In this document: positions 1-9,330 of the stretch, piece by piece
Layout: the number at the start of each line of letters is the position of its first letter
Numbering within the stretch: the stretch's first letter is position 1
Assembly (NCBI GenBank): GCA_001786395.1
Contig: MFWN01000024.1
Coordinates: forward strand, 27,697 to 73,493
Source: Candidatus Pacearchaeota archaeon RBG_13_36_9
Lineage (GTDB): Archaea; Nanobdellota; Nanobdellia; Pacearchaeales; GW2011-AR1
Length of the DNA: 45,797 nucleotides
Reading direction: 5' to 3'
Position numbers and translations under genes: made by a program
The notes under the pieces: generated by a model
Databases searched by the model: none
What the model saw: only the letters and a program-made list of their open reading frames with translations
What the model was told of the DNA's origin: nothing

Positions 1-3000
1 GGAACATGGAAAATTGATGTTAACTTTTCTTCTGAATATTCTAATGTGCCTGTAAATGACACTAAAAATGCAAATATAAGTGTTTATAACCCTCCTACTC
101 TGACTGTTAATTTAACTAATCCTGCTGCAAGCACAGTTATAAATAAAAGTGAAAGTTTAATAATGAACTGCACTGCCAACTGCTCTGGACAGGCATGCGA
201 GAATGTTGTTGTTTATCCTATTTACTGCCAGGGAGCAGGATGCACCCCAAACAAGGCTTTAAGGACTGACTCTGCTAATCTAAGCTCTAATGTTAACAGC
301 GCGAGTTTGGGCATTCTCAATCCAAATACTGCGCAAGATGCTGGCTTTAATGTTTCTTCAAGCAACTATGGAAATTATGTCTTAAGCTGCAATGCAACTT
401 CTTCCAACAATGGAAATCCAGATTCTCCTACAACTCGTTCTTTAATTGTAAATTCGCTGCCGAATGCTTCGTTTACTTATCCCTTGAATGGAACCTGGCT
501 GCATGCGACCGAGACATTGGATGCAACAGCTTCTTCTGATATTGACGGCACAATAGCTGAATATTTATTTGAAATCGATGACAATTCTGCTTTTGCAAGT
601 TCAACAATTATCTGTCAGGGAGCAGGAGCCAGCTGCGAGCTAAACACTTCCTCCCAGACACAATGCTCTCAGGAATCCAATGCTTGTTACTTAAGATTGA
701 GGGTTATTGACAATTATGGCGGAAGAAATTCAACAGCTATAAGAATAGGCATAGATAATGTTGGGCCGACTGCCTTGATGGACCGCCCTTTTAACAACAG
801 CTACATTGCAACAGAGAGCCAGATTGTCAATGCGACTGCATCAGATTCAGGAAGCGGAGTTGAATGTATAGAATTTTCAGCTTACTATGATTTTGCCTGG
901 AACACAATAAATACAGACTGCTCTTCTCCATATTCTTATGAATGGAGCCTTGCTTCTGTCAGCGACCAGGTTATACAGGTGAGAGCAAGAGCCAATGACT
1001 CAGAAGGAAACTGGGGCAGGTATGCAAACAATACAAACATAACCCATGATACAACGTTTCCCAATGCGGTTTTGAATTTGCCTCAGAGCAATACCATAAT
1101 TAATTCAAGTACCTATGTTTTAAATGCAAGCTCTTCGAGTGATGCGCTCTCTGGAATTAGAAACGCCACTTTTTACTATGAAAACAGCACTGATTTTAAA
1201 GAGATTGGAAGCGATACTGATCCGAGCGATGGTTTAACTTATTCCTGGGCAATCGGCATTGGAGACGGAGTTTATAATATAGGTGTTAATGTAACTGATA
1301 GGGCTGGATTGGTAAATACAACAAGAAACACGAACATAACTATTGATATTATCAACAATGCACCTGTTTGCATTGTTATTTATCCTAATGGATATGAAAA
1401 TGTTTCTGGAATTATTACTGTAAATGCGACTGCTTCTGATTCTGACCCTTCGGATTATGTTGTGAATGTCAGTTTTGAATACCTGAGAAGCGGCGGAGCG
1501 TGGACTCTTATTGGAGATAACCTTACTTCTAATCGCGGCAGTTACACTTTAAGCTGGGACACTTCTTTAGTTTCTGATTCTAATAATTATACAATAAAGT
1601 GCAACGCAAGTGACACTAGAGGAGGATTTGGAAGCGATATTTCTAATAATAATTTTACAGTTGACAATGCTGCTCCAGGCATTACTGAGCCTTACATAAA
1701 TTCTACAAGTGTCGAGGCAAATACTTACATCTGCTTTAATCTGACTGTCAGCGATAATTTTTTGGAGATTGATAGAACTTGGGCGGAAGTCAGCCTCCCC
1801 CCCGGCGTTGGCGGAAGCCAGAATCTTACCTTGTATGATGCAGGAGGAGATTGTGATGAAAGCGCAGGAGACGGAGTGTATTCAAACAGGTATCTTGTTT
1901 TATTTGATGGAGAATACAACTGGACAAGGGCGTATGCAAATGACAGCCTGGGAAATTTAAACATAAGCACGATTGGACTGAACTTTTCAGGGTATTCTGA
2001 TTCTTATCTTATAGTTAACATGCTTTCTCCTGTTTCCAATATAGAAATAAACGAAGCTGGAAACGGGAGCTCTTACTACCAGAATTGCAATGTTACTTGC
2101 AATGAGAGCGGAGGGGCATGCAACGAGGTTTATCTTTTCCCCCAATACTTTTATTCTGGAATTTGGACAGATATTTTAACTTCTGGAGATAATTTATTTA
2201 ATGAAGTTAACAACTATTCTTGCGGAGACCTTGATTCTAGAGCAGGATGCAATTATTCCTTTAATATATCTTCAAATTACTCTGGGGGAAATACCTGGGC
2301 TATCAGATGCAGGGGCTTAAGCAGCAATGCAGCTGCTGATTTTTCGAGTTCAGTGGATTTGTATGTGAATAAATTCCCAGTTGCTAATTTTACTTATCCT
2401 TCTAACGGAAGCTGGATTCATGGAATTGAGACGTTAGATGTCGGGGCTTCTTATGACAGTGATGGAAGCCTTATCAATTATTTTATACAACTCGATAACA
2501 ATACTAATTTTGACAGCCCCAAGAACTTATGCGATGGTGTATCAACAATATGCGGTTTTGCTACTAATAATCCGCTTATTCAAACCCAGTGTTTAGAAGA
2601 AAGTACAAGCTGCTTTTTGAAAATAACTGTTACTGATGATGATAGCACAACTAACTATACAATAATACAAATAGGCATAGATAATGTTGTCCCTACACTT
2701 CAATTAGACAGACCTTTTAACAACAGTTATATAACAACAGAAAGCCAGACTGTCAATGCAACTGCATCAGATTTTGGAAGTGGTGTTGATTGTGTTGTAT
2801 TTTCAGCTTACTATGACTCTGCCTGGAACACAATAAATACAGACTGCTCTTCTCCTTATTCTTACGCTTGGAATCTGGGTTCTGTAAGCGACCAGATAAT
2901 ACAGGTAAGAGCAAGGGCAAATGACACAGAAGGAAACTGGGGCAAGTACGCAAACAATACAAACATAACCCATGATGCAACAAAGCCTTCCATACAGCTT

Positions 3001-6000
3001 TCTTACCCTTTAAACAACAGCTATTTCAATTACACAACCCTTAGTTTTAATTTCACTGCAACAGACCTGGTTGCAACTGTTTTGAACTGCTCTTTAATTA
3101 TTGACGCTTCTATCAACCAGACAAATTCCTCTACAAAAAATGGCACTGTTACCCAGTTTACAGTAGCTAATTTAGGAGAAGGCAGCCATAATTGGAGTGT
3201 CAACTGCACAGATTATGTTGGAAATGAAAATTCAAGCCAGACAAGAAAAATTACGCTGGATACCACTCTTCCTATAGTAAACTTAAATTATCCTGCAAAT
3301 AACCAGTGGCTGAACAACTCTAATGTGACTTTTAATTATACTCCGATTAATACACATATAGATTCCTGCGAATTGTGGGGAAATTGGACCGGCTCTTGGC
3401 AAAAAAATGATACAGATATAACTATCACAAACGGAAGCGTTAACAGCTTCAATAAAATTATTCCCGATGGCAGTTACTTATGGAATATTAAATGCAACGA
3501 CTCTGCAGGGAATTGGGCGTTTAACTCCAGCAATTTTACACTAAATGTCCACAGCGAAGTTCCCTTGATTTTTTTTAATCCTTCTACAACCAGCTCTGAA
3601 ATTACAGGGCTCAATTGGATTTTTATAAATGTTACTGCAAGTGATTCATATAAAGACTCTGTAAGGCTGGGATGGAGCTCAAACGAGACTTTTGACAACA
3701 GCGAGGGTAACATTTACTGGAAGAATAAAACAGGATTAACTGACGGGAACTACAGCTTTTATGCTTGGATAAATGATTCTGCAGGAAATCTTAATTTAAC
3801 AGCTACAAGAACTGTTCTTGTTGATGCAACTGCCCCTAATTATACTTTCCAGAACCAGACAATCTCAGGAAACTACGTAAACATAGTTCATAGAGATGAA
3901 ACAGTTAATTTATCTGCTTATTGGGCAGATGCAGTTAATTTAAGTGCTGCCTGGCTGGCTACTAACGAATCTGGAGTGTGGGAGAATAAAACTACTTACG
4001 GCTCTCCTAGAGTTTTAAACGGTACAGGAAACACGAGCGAGTTTAACTGGAGCAATTCTTCTGTTCTTCCTGGGACACAAGTTTCCTGGAGGATTTATGC
4101 AAACGACTCTGTAAACAATGTTAATGTTACTGGCCATATGACTTTTCAAATTTGGGGGTGGGCGGAGGTTTGGAGTTCTTATTTTTCTCCTGCGGGAGTT
4201 AAGCAGGGAGAGTTAGCTACTATGTACTGCTTGGTAAGGGATAATGTTTCTCAATCAGGGCTTTTAGGATATAATGTAAGTTTTTTAAGAGAGGGCGCCT
4301 CTTTAGGCAGCAACCTTACAGGAGCCGGCGGATATGCCATTTATACTGTTAATGAAACAGTTGCGGGAAGTTATAGCTATAGGTGCCAGATAGGGAACAA
4401 TGCAAGCGCATACTATAATTCTTCTTCTAATTATTATAAAGACAGCGTTTTAGGAGTGGGGTATTATTTAGCAATTTATGATTATAATGATTTGACTTAC
4501 AACAGGGCTTATGAGGGTACAACAGACACTACAACCACTCCGGTTAATGATTATCCTGCTTTGCAGTCAGACAGCAATGATTTTGAATATTTTTCCTCTA
4601 CAGGCACCTCTGGCTTGTATGCTTATCAGAGGTTTGAGATAAGAATAAACGAGTCTGCAAATCAGATGAAGGAACTTAACATAACCTGGAGTGGTTACGG
4701 AGATGTAAATTCTGGAACAGACGGGTTTAACATCTCTATTTATAATTTCAGCTCTAGCTCTTGGATTCAGCAAGTCTCCTATTCAACCAATAACTCTGAA
4801 AGACGGGTTTATTTTGGATTTGACAATTACTTTTCTGATTTTGTTAACTCTACAGGATATGTATGGATTCTGGCTAGGAGCTACTCTGCTGCGCCAACTC
4901 CGAGCCCAAAAACAGCAACAATTGCAACAGACTATGTAGGAGTAAATGTAAAAAAAGATATAATCCCTCCTGATGTTGTTTTAATACAGCCTGTTAATTA
5001 TTACAACAGCTCTTCCAAAAATGTAACTTTTAACTGCAGCGCATCTGATGATTATAGAGTTCAGAATGTAAGCTTATACGGAAACTGGACAACTGGCTGG
5101 CATTTAAACGAGACAAATACATCTGGGTTGAACAATGTGAATTATACTTTTAATAAAAGCATAGAAGAGGGAGCTTTTCTCTGGAACTGCTATGCCTGTG
5201 ATAGAGCTAATAACTGCGCATTTGCGTCTTTAAACAGAACATTTACAATTGACCTAACGCCTCCGTCTGTTAATTTAATATATCCTGGAAACTACCAGAA
5301 CCTTTCAGGGCTTACAATCAGCCAGTTTAATTTTAGCGTCAATGATTTTACTTCCATAGCCAATTGCTCTCTATACGGAAACTGGACAACAGGCTGGCAT
5401 TTAAATCAGACAGTTTTGAACCCTAACAAGAATGTGCAGGTTAATTTTTCTTCTGCAAATATGTTAGAAGATGGATATTTTTTCTGGAATGTTTTGTGTT
5501 ATGATATTGTGGGCAACAAGGCTTTTAATTCCAGCAATTTCAGTTTTGGGGCTTTTTTATATCCAGACCTTCCTGTTTATATCAATGCTACCCAGGACAA
5601 AAATGATGGAACTGGAAACATAACCTTGTTTTGGAATGCTTCAAACCATACAACTGATTATTATATTTATTCTGCTTCAAGTTTAGCAGGGGCTTTTACT
5701 TTGCTGAACACAACAGCAAAACCTAATTACACTGACACAACTTTTTCAGGAACAAGAAAGTTTTACAGGATTGATTCCTGGAATCCAATAGGGCAGAATT
5801 CTTCTTTAGAGCATTTTGGGGCGCACGTTTACACTCTCAGGCATACTGCAACAAAGACAAGAAACTGGATAGGATTTCCAACAGATTTTGTTAATTTAGA
5901 TAATGCCAACCAAACGCTTTATGACATAAGAAACGCAACTACTTTTTCAATGTGGAACGAAACTATTCAAAAAAGAGTTTCCTGCACCAAGTTCTCGTGC

Positions 6001-6405
6001 CCGGACAGCTTTGAATGTACAGATGAATTATGCAATTTTAATCTTCAGCAGGGAAGAGGTTATGAAGTGGATATAAACTTAAGCGTGGCAAGCCCAGTAA
6101 CCTGGAGCCAGGCCGGAATAGTTTATAATAAGACAACAATAAGCTTAAATAAAAACGATACTAATTTTCGTAAAAATTGGGCGGCAATGTATGCAAATAC
6201 TTCAATTACAAATGCACAGGGATTTACTAACAACTTAACAAATGAAGATGCGGTTACAAATTGGAATTCTGCAATCCAAGAATCACAGGGTTACATCCGC
6301 TCCCCATTTAATGCAAGCCAGTATCTCGGGACTAATTTTAATATTATACCAGAAGGAGGTTATGAAGTTTCTGTGACTTCATCAGGAACATGGGCTCAAG
6401 GATAA
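1..6405 (+). CDS. Giant extracellular/cell-surface protein; N-terminus lies outside the window (frame open from nt 1, at least 2134 aa)
   Basis: Frame 1 is uninterrupted from the window edge to TAA at 6403-6405. It is built from Cys-rich modules (CTANCSGQACENV.., NVTCNESGGACNEV..), PKD-like units (SSDIDGTIAEYLFEIDD, SYDSDGSLINYFIQLDN), many ~90-aa Ig-like modules (NCSLIIDASINQTNSS..HNWSVNCTDYVGNENSS) and an FN3-like C-terminal part. N-x-S/T sequon density is very high. There is no C-terminal TM. Confidence 0.85.
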   Translation, partial: GTWKIDVNFSSEYSNVPVNDTKNANISVYNPPTLTVNLTNPAASTVINKSESLIMNCTANCSGQACENVVVYPIYCQGAGCTPNKALRTDSANLSSNVNSASLGILNPNTAQDAGFNVSSSNYGNYVLSCNATSSNNGNPDSPTTRSLIVNSLPNASFTYPLNGTWLHATETLDATASSDIDGTIAEYLFEIDDNSAFASSTIICQGAGASCELNTSSQTQCSQESNACYLRLRVIDNYGGRNSTAIRIGIDNVGPTALMDRPFNNSYIATESQIVNATASDSGSGVECIEFSAYYDFAWNTINTDCSSPYSYEWSLASVSDQVIQVRARANDSEGNWGRYANNTNITHDTTFPNAVLNLPQSNTIINSSTYVLNASSSSDALSGIRNATFYYENSTDFKEIGSDTDPSDGLTYSWAIGIGDGVYNIGVNVTDRAGLVNTTRNTNITIDIINNAPVCIVIYPNGYENVSGIITVNATASDSDPSDYVVNVSFEYLRSGGAWTLIGDNLTSNRGSYTLSWDTSLVSDSNNYTIKCNASDTRGGFGSDISNNNFTVDNAAPGITEPYINSTSVEANTYICFNLTVSDNFLEIDRTWAEVSLPPGVGGSQNLTLYDAGGDCDESAGDGVYSNRYLVLFDGEYNWTRAYANDSLGNLNISTIGLNFSGYSDSYLIVNMLSPVSNIEINEAGNGSSYYQNCNVTCNESGGACNEVYLFPQYFYSGIWTDILTSGDNLFNEVNNYSCGDLDSRAGCNYSFNISSNYSGGNTWAIRCRGLSSNAAADFSSSVDLYVNKFPVANFTYPSNGSWIHGIETLDVGASYDSDGSLINYFIQLDNNTNFDSPKNLCDGVSTICGFATNNPLIQTQCLEESTSCFLKITVTDDDSTTNYTIIQIGIDNVVPTLQLDRPFNNSYITTESQTVNATASDFGSGVDCVVFSAYYDSAWNTINTDCSSPYSYAWNLGSVSDQIIQVRARANDTEGNWGKYANNTNITHDATKPSIQLSYPLNNSYFNYTTLSFNFTATDLVATVLNCSLIIDASINQTNSSTKNGTVTQFTVANLGEGSHNWSVNCTDYVGNENSSQTRKITLDTTLPIVNLNYPANNQWLNNSNVTFNYTPINTHIDSCELWGNWTGSWQKNDTDITITNGSVNSFNKIIPDGSYLWNIKCNDSAGNWAFNSSNFTLNVHSEVPLIFFNPSTTSSEITGLNWIFINVTASDSYKDSVRLGWSSNETFDNSEGNIYWKNKTGLTDGNYSFYAWINDSAGNLNLTATRTVLVDATAPNYTFQNQTISGNYVNIVHRDETVNLSAYWADAVNLSAAWLATNESGVWENKTTYGSPRVLNGTGNTSEFNWSNSSVLPGTQVSWRIYANDSVNNVNVTGHMTFQIWGWAEVWSSYFSPAGVKQGELATMYCLVRDNVSQSGLLGYNVSFLREGASLGSNLTGAGGYAIYTVNETVAGSYSYRCQIGNNASAYYNSSSNYYKDSVLGVGYYLAIYDYNDLTYNRAYEGTTDTTTTPVNDYPALQSDSNDFEYFSSTGTSGLYAYQRFEIRINESANQMKELNITWSGYGDVNSGTDGFNISIYNFSSSSWIQQVSYSTNNSERRVYFGFDNYFSDFVNSTGYVWILARSYSAAPTPSPKTATIATDYVGVNVKKDIIPPDVVLIQPVNYYNSSSKNVTFNCSASDDYRVQNVSLYGNWTTGWHLNETNTSGLNNVNYTFNKSIEEGAFLWNCYACDRANNCAFASLNRTFTIDLTPPSVNLIYPGNYQNLSGLTISQFNFSVNDFTSIANCSLYGNWTTGWHLNQTVLNPNKNVQVNFSSANMLEDGYFFWNVLCYDIVGNKAFNSSNFSFGAFLYPDLPVYINATQDKNDGTGNITLFWNASNHTTDYYIYSASSLAGAFTLLNTTAKPNYTDTTFSGTRKFYRIDSWNPIGQNSSLEHFGAHVYTLRHTATKTRNWIGFPTDFVNLDNANQTLYDIRNATTFSMWNETIQKRVSCTKFSCPDSFECTDELCNFNLQQGRGYEVDINLSVASPVTWSQAGIVYNKTTISLNKNDTNFRKNWAAMYANTSITNAQGFTNNLTNEDAVTNWNSAIQESQGYIRSPFNASQYLGTNFNIIPEGGYEVSVTSSGTWAQG
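451..1050 (+). repeat. Copy 1 of a ~600-bp intragenic duplication (PKD-like + Ig-like unit)
   Basis: The protein segment NSLPNASFTYPLNGTWLH...RARANDSEGNWGRYANNTNITHD recurs at 2368-2976. The DNA shares long identical runs, e.g. gcctggaacacaataaatacagactgctcttctcc. Confidence 0.85.
2368..2976 (+). repeat. Copy 2 of the ~600-bp intragenic duplication
   Basis: NKFPVANFTYPSNGSWIH...RARANDTEGNWGKYANNTNITHD is colinear with 451-1050, at an offset of about 1.92 kb. Confidence 0.85.
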
Positions 6406-7817
6406 AGATGGTATTTGGCTTAGTAATATGCTTTTTCCTAGCAGCAGCTTGGTTTTCTTGCCTTGCTGAAGCGAGCCTGGCATGCGGGCAGGTTAATTCG
6501 ACAGCGGGCATTGAGCCGCAGTGGATGAAAGTTAAAATTTATGGCATTGATAAAAATAAGTTTACAACCTGCAGCGTAAGCCCTGCTGAAAATAAATTTT
6601 GCTGCGATATAGAGGCGATTTATCCTCCTTTGAACTTGCCTGTTGGAAGCCAGATGAATGGGGAGATTTTTAACGAAGAAGGGTATTTCGCAGGCCCTGT
6701 TTCATTGTATACAAGCGGAGAGGGCTATGATGTATTTCCTTTGATGAACCTGAAAAAGGCAATTGTAATCAATAGTCCAGGCAGGGTTATTTTTTCCAAT
6801 GAACCTAAACTTCTATTGAATGCCAGTTTTAAAAGTCCTTTTACAAATATTTCTATTGAAAGGAACGGGCAGAGAGAATTTCCATACACTGGAGAAGAAT
6901 TACAGAGATATATAAACGGGAGTTTTGGAATGAATTACTTTAAGATAATAGCTGGAGATGGGCAGAGAGAATTTAGCGAGACTAGTTCTGTGGCAATTCT
7001 GAAAAATTTTGTCTTAGATCGGTTGATTGAGTGTGAAAAATGCAATAATAAATTGATAAAGAGCGGTAAAGAGGCTGTTATTAGGATGAATGTTTTACTT
7101 TCTCATGAAGTAAAAGGATTAGAGTTAAGAGAGTATGTCCCAATCGAATTTGAAATTTTAGAAACAGACGGGCAGATAAAAGAATATAGCCAGACGCATA
7201 AGGTTATTGTATGGAATGTCAGTGGAAAAAATATAGGCCAGTCATACAGGGTTCTTGCCCCAAAAGTCAGCTTTTTCCCCAGGAAATATGTTTTCCGCGC
7301 AGAACTGGAGAATGTTTTGCTTAGAGAAGATAAGATAACTGTGAGCAGATTTTTTTCATTCTGGAGCTTTGACGAAGGAATAGAGCTAAAACAAAAGGTA
7401 AAGAAAGTTTATTCTAGGATCTCTCCAAGCAGCCCTCTTGTTTATAAGCTTAAGGGCAGAGAGATAACTAGAATAGCAGTATTTCCTAAAAAAATAATCA
7501 ATGGGGCTGAATTTGTTGCTGAGGAATACGAGGAGGAAAATGCAGGAGATGTGAATTATTATTCTTTTGATACAAACATAGCGACAGAAGATATTGAAAA
7601 AATATTTGTTGAGTTTAAAGTCCCTAAAAACAATTCAGGAAACCTGAGCCTGTATGTTTTTGAAAATGGATGGGAAGAATGGGACAGCTCAAAAATAGAG
7701 TTTAGCAGGGAAGAAGGCGAATATGCCTATTACCAGGCTTACATTCCAGCAACAAAGAAGATAGCTTTGGCAGGAGAGGAAGAGGGCTCCGGGAATTTTT
7801 TGAGGATTTTTAATTAG
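6390..7817 (+). CDS. Secreted protein with a PGF-pre-PGF-like C-terminal domain
   Basis: The N-terminus looks like a signal peptide (MGSRIK + MVFGLVICFFLAAAWFSCLAEA). The C-terminal segment IEKIFVEFKVPKNNSGNLSLYVFENGWEEWDSS..YAYYQAYIPATKKIALAG matches the pattern of archaeal PGF-pre-PGF domains. It overlaps the upstream giant gene by 16 nt; an alternative ATG is at 6408. Confidence 0.7.
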   Translation: MGSRIKMVFGLVICFFLAAAWFSCLAEASLACGQVNSTAGIEPQWMKVKIYGIDKNKFTTCSVSPAENKFCCDIEAIYPPLNLPVGSQMNGEIFNEEGYFAGPVSLYTSGEGYDVFPLMNLKKAIVINSPGRVIFSNEPKLLLNASFKSPFTNISIERNGQREFPYTGEELQRYINGSFGMNYFKIIAGDGQREFSETSSVAILKNFVLDRLIECEKCNNKLIKSGKEAVIRMNVLLSHEVKGLELREYVPIEFEILETDGQIKEYSQTHKVIVWNVSGKNIGQSYRVLAPKVSFFPRKYVFRAELENVLLREDKITVSRFFSFWSFDEGIELKQKVKKVYSRISPSSPLVYKLKGREITRIAVFPKKIINGAEFVAEEYEEENAGDVNYYSFDTNIATEDIEKIFVEFKVPKNNSGNLSLYVFENGWEEWDSSKIEFSREEGEYAYYQAYIPATKKIALAGEEEGSGNFLRIFN

Positions 7818-8128
7818 AAGTCTAATGGACTGTTTTTATTTATCACATAAATATAAAAAATTTTAGAATGATTTTCCAGTTTTTGATAGGAGATTTTTTC
7901 GTAGGCTTTCTTTTTTCTAAATCTTAAATTAAAGGGAATTTCAAAATACTTAGTTGATTTTTCCCTTCCTCTTTCAATTATTCTTGCCTCTTTTTTACAT
8001 AATTCTGGGGAGAATAGGCAAACATTGCGAAAACCATTTTTTAAAGCTAAAGCTTCATCGATTTCTAATAATACCCGGTATAGGACGTTGTTGTTTGGCA
8101 AAACTTTAGAACTTATAATTTCCCCCAT
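7814..8128 (-). CDS. Small protein (104 aa), putative AbrB/SpoVT-like DNA-binding protein; paralog of 8271..8579
   Basis: It aligns along its whole length with the divergent neighbour (..LEIDEALALKNGFRNVCLFS..RGREKSTKYFEIPFNLR.. versus ..VELGYEEALQLKGYINNICVFS..RGKNEATKYFLIPRELR..). The 'YF-IP-x-LR' segment resembles the AbrB swapped-hairpin motif. Confidence 0.55.
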   Translation of the reverse strand: MGEIISSKVLPNNNVLYRVLLEIDEALALKNGFRNVCLFSPELCKKEARIIERGREKSTKYFEIPFNLRFRKKKAYEKISYQKLENHSKIFYIYVINKNSPLDF

Positions 8129-8270
8129 TTTTACTACTCTTAATTGATACTATATTTCAAAATTTCTTGGATAACTTTGTTTAAAAATTTATCCTTAAAA
8201 TTGTATAGGGGTAGGAATAATTGCTTATTTTTTAAAATTTGAAAAGATTTAAATACTAAAATTAATATTT

Positions 8271-8579
8271 ATGCTTATGGGAAAAATACTTGGAACAAAA
8301 ACAACAAAAGAGGGCAAGGTAATTTTTGAAGTTGAACTTGGATATGAGGAAGCTTTGCAGTTAAAAGGGTATATTAATAACATTTGTGTTTTTTCAGAAG
8401 ACGCAGCAGAGATTAAAACAAACTTATCGCAGCGAGGGAAAAATGAAGCAACCAAATATTTTTTAATTCCAAGAGAGTTAAGGAGCAATTTGCGATTTAA
8501 TGAAAAAGTTAAATGCCAGAAATTAGAAACAGATACAAAAATAATATTTGTTTATGTTGTTGATAAAATAAAAATCTGA
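8271..8579 (+). CDS. Small protein (102 aa), putative AbrB/SpoVT-like; paralog of 7814..8128 and first gene of the KaiC-like operon
   Basis: See the paralog alignment above. Its stop lies 6 nt upstream of the KaiC-like gene. Confidence 0.6.
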   Translation: MLMGKILGTKTTKEGKVIFEVELGYEEALQLKGYINNICVFSEDAAEIKTNLSQRGKNEATKYFLIPRELRSNLRFNEKVKCQKLETDTKIIFVYVVDKIKI

Positions 8580-8585
8580 TTAAAA

Positions 8586-9305
8586 ATGGAAGATAAATTA
8601 AGCGGAAGAGTAATTGAGAGAGAAAGTATTGGAATTAATAATGTAGATAAGATGATTCAGGGGGGGGTTCCGAGAGGGGGGATTGTCGGGTTGAGCGGGC
8701 CTCCTGGCGTAGGAAAATCAATTTTTACACTGCATTTTTTATTACAGGGTGCAAGGCAGGGACAGAAATGTGTTTACATCAATCTTGAAGAGCCAGAAGG
8801 GAATATAATCAATATGATTAACCAATTTGAGTTTTCAAAAGAATTTCTCGATTTTGTTGATAAAGAAAAGATTGTTATAAGGTGCTTTACTTATCCTGAA
8901 TATGAAAAGATTTATTCCGACCTTTTTCAGAAAATAAGGGAAGATAATTCTATAAACCGATTGGTTATAGATAGCTTTAATTGTTTTTTTCCTTCAGCAT
9001 TTAATCCAGAATCTTTAAGTTTAAGTGGAGAAGTTAATATAAGGCGGATGATAAACCAGGCATTTTCTATGTTTAGGAGGAAGGGGCTAACAACAATCTT
9101 AATTTTAGAAATGCAATTAGACAAGCAGACAAGATTTTACTACAACATCCCGCATCTCGTAGATGGGATTATTAATTTAGATTTTCTAGAACTCGGGGCA
9201 ATAGAAAGAAGAATCTTTATTCCTAAGATGAGGTGGACAAATCAATACAGAGAAAGCAAGAGCTACGAGATTAATAAAAAAGGCATTGTTGTCAGGGGAG
9301 AATAA
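8586..9305 (+). CDS. Single-domain KaiC/RecA-superfamily ATPase (archaeal KaiC-like)
   Basis: It has Walker A GPPGVGKS, the KaiC-type acidic pair in CVYINLEEPEG, and Walker-B-like RLVIDSF. The length of ~240 aa is typical of single-domain archaeal KaiC homologs. Confidence 0.85.
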   Translation: MEDKLSGRVIERESIGINNVDKMIQGGVPRGGIVGLSGPPGVGKSIFTLHFLLQGARQGQKCVYINLEEPEGNIINMINQFEFSKEFLDFVDKEKIVIRCFTYPEYEKIYSDLFQKIREDNSINRLVIDSFNCFFPSAFNPESLSLSGEVNIRRMINQAFSMFRRKGLTTILILEMQLDKQTRFYYNIPHLVDGIINLDFLELGAIERRIFIPKMRWTNQYRESKSYEINKKGIVVRGE

Positions 9306-9330
9306 TCTTCTGTGTAGGAGGCGGTTTATT

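Noticed and set aside
1725-4773. Several 60-95-aa ORFs inside or antisense to the giant genes (for example 1725..1970, 2753..2983, 3474..3713, 4567..4773, 37900..38209, 40066..40281)
   Set aside because: They are embedded in long, repeat-structured ORFs whose frame is maintained over kilobases. They are short, have no start signals, and are expected by chance.
7814-8579. The ~100-aa proteins flanking the KaiC-like gene might be KaiB homologs
   Set aside because: The size fits, but the sequences show no thioredoxin-like KaiB pattern. The C-terminal YF-x-IP-x-x-LR segment looks AbrB-like instead.
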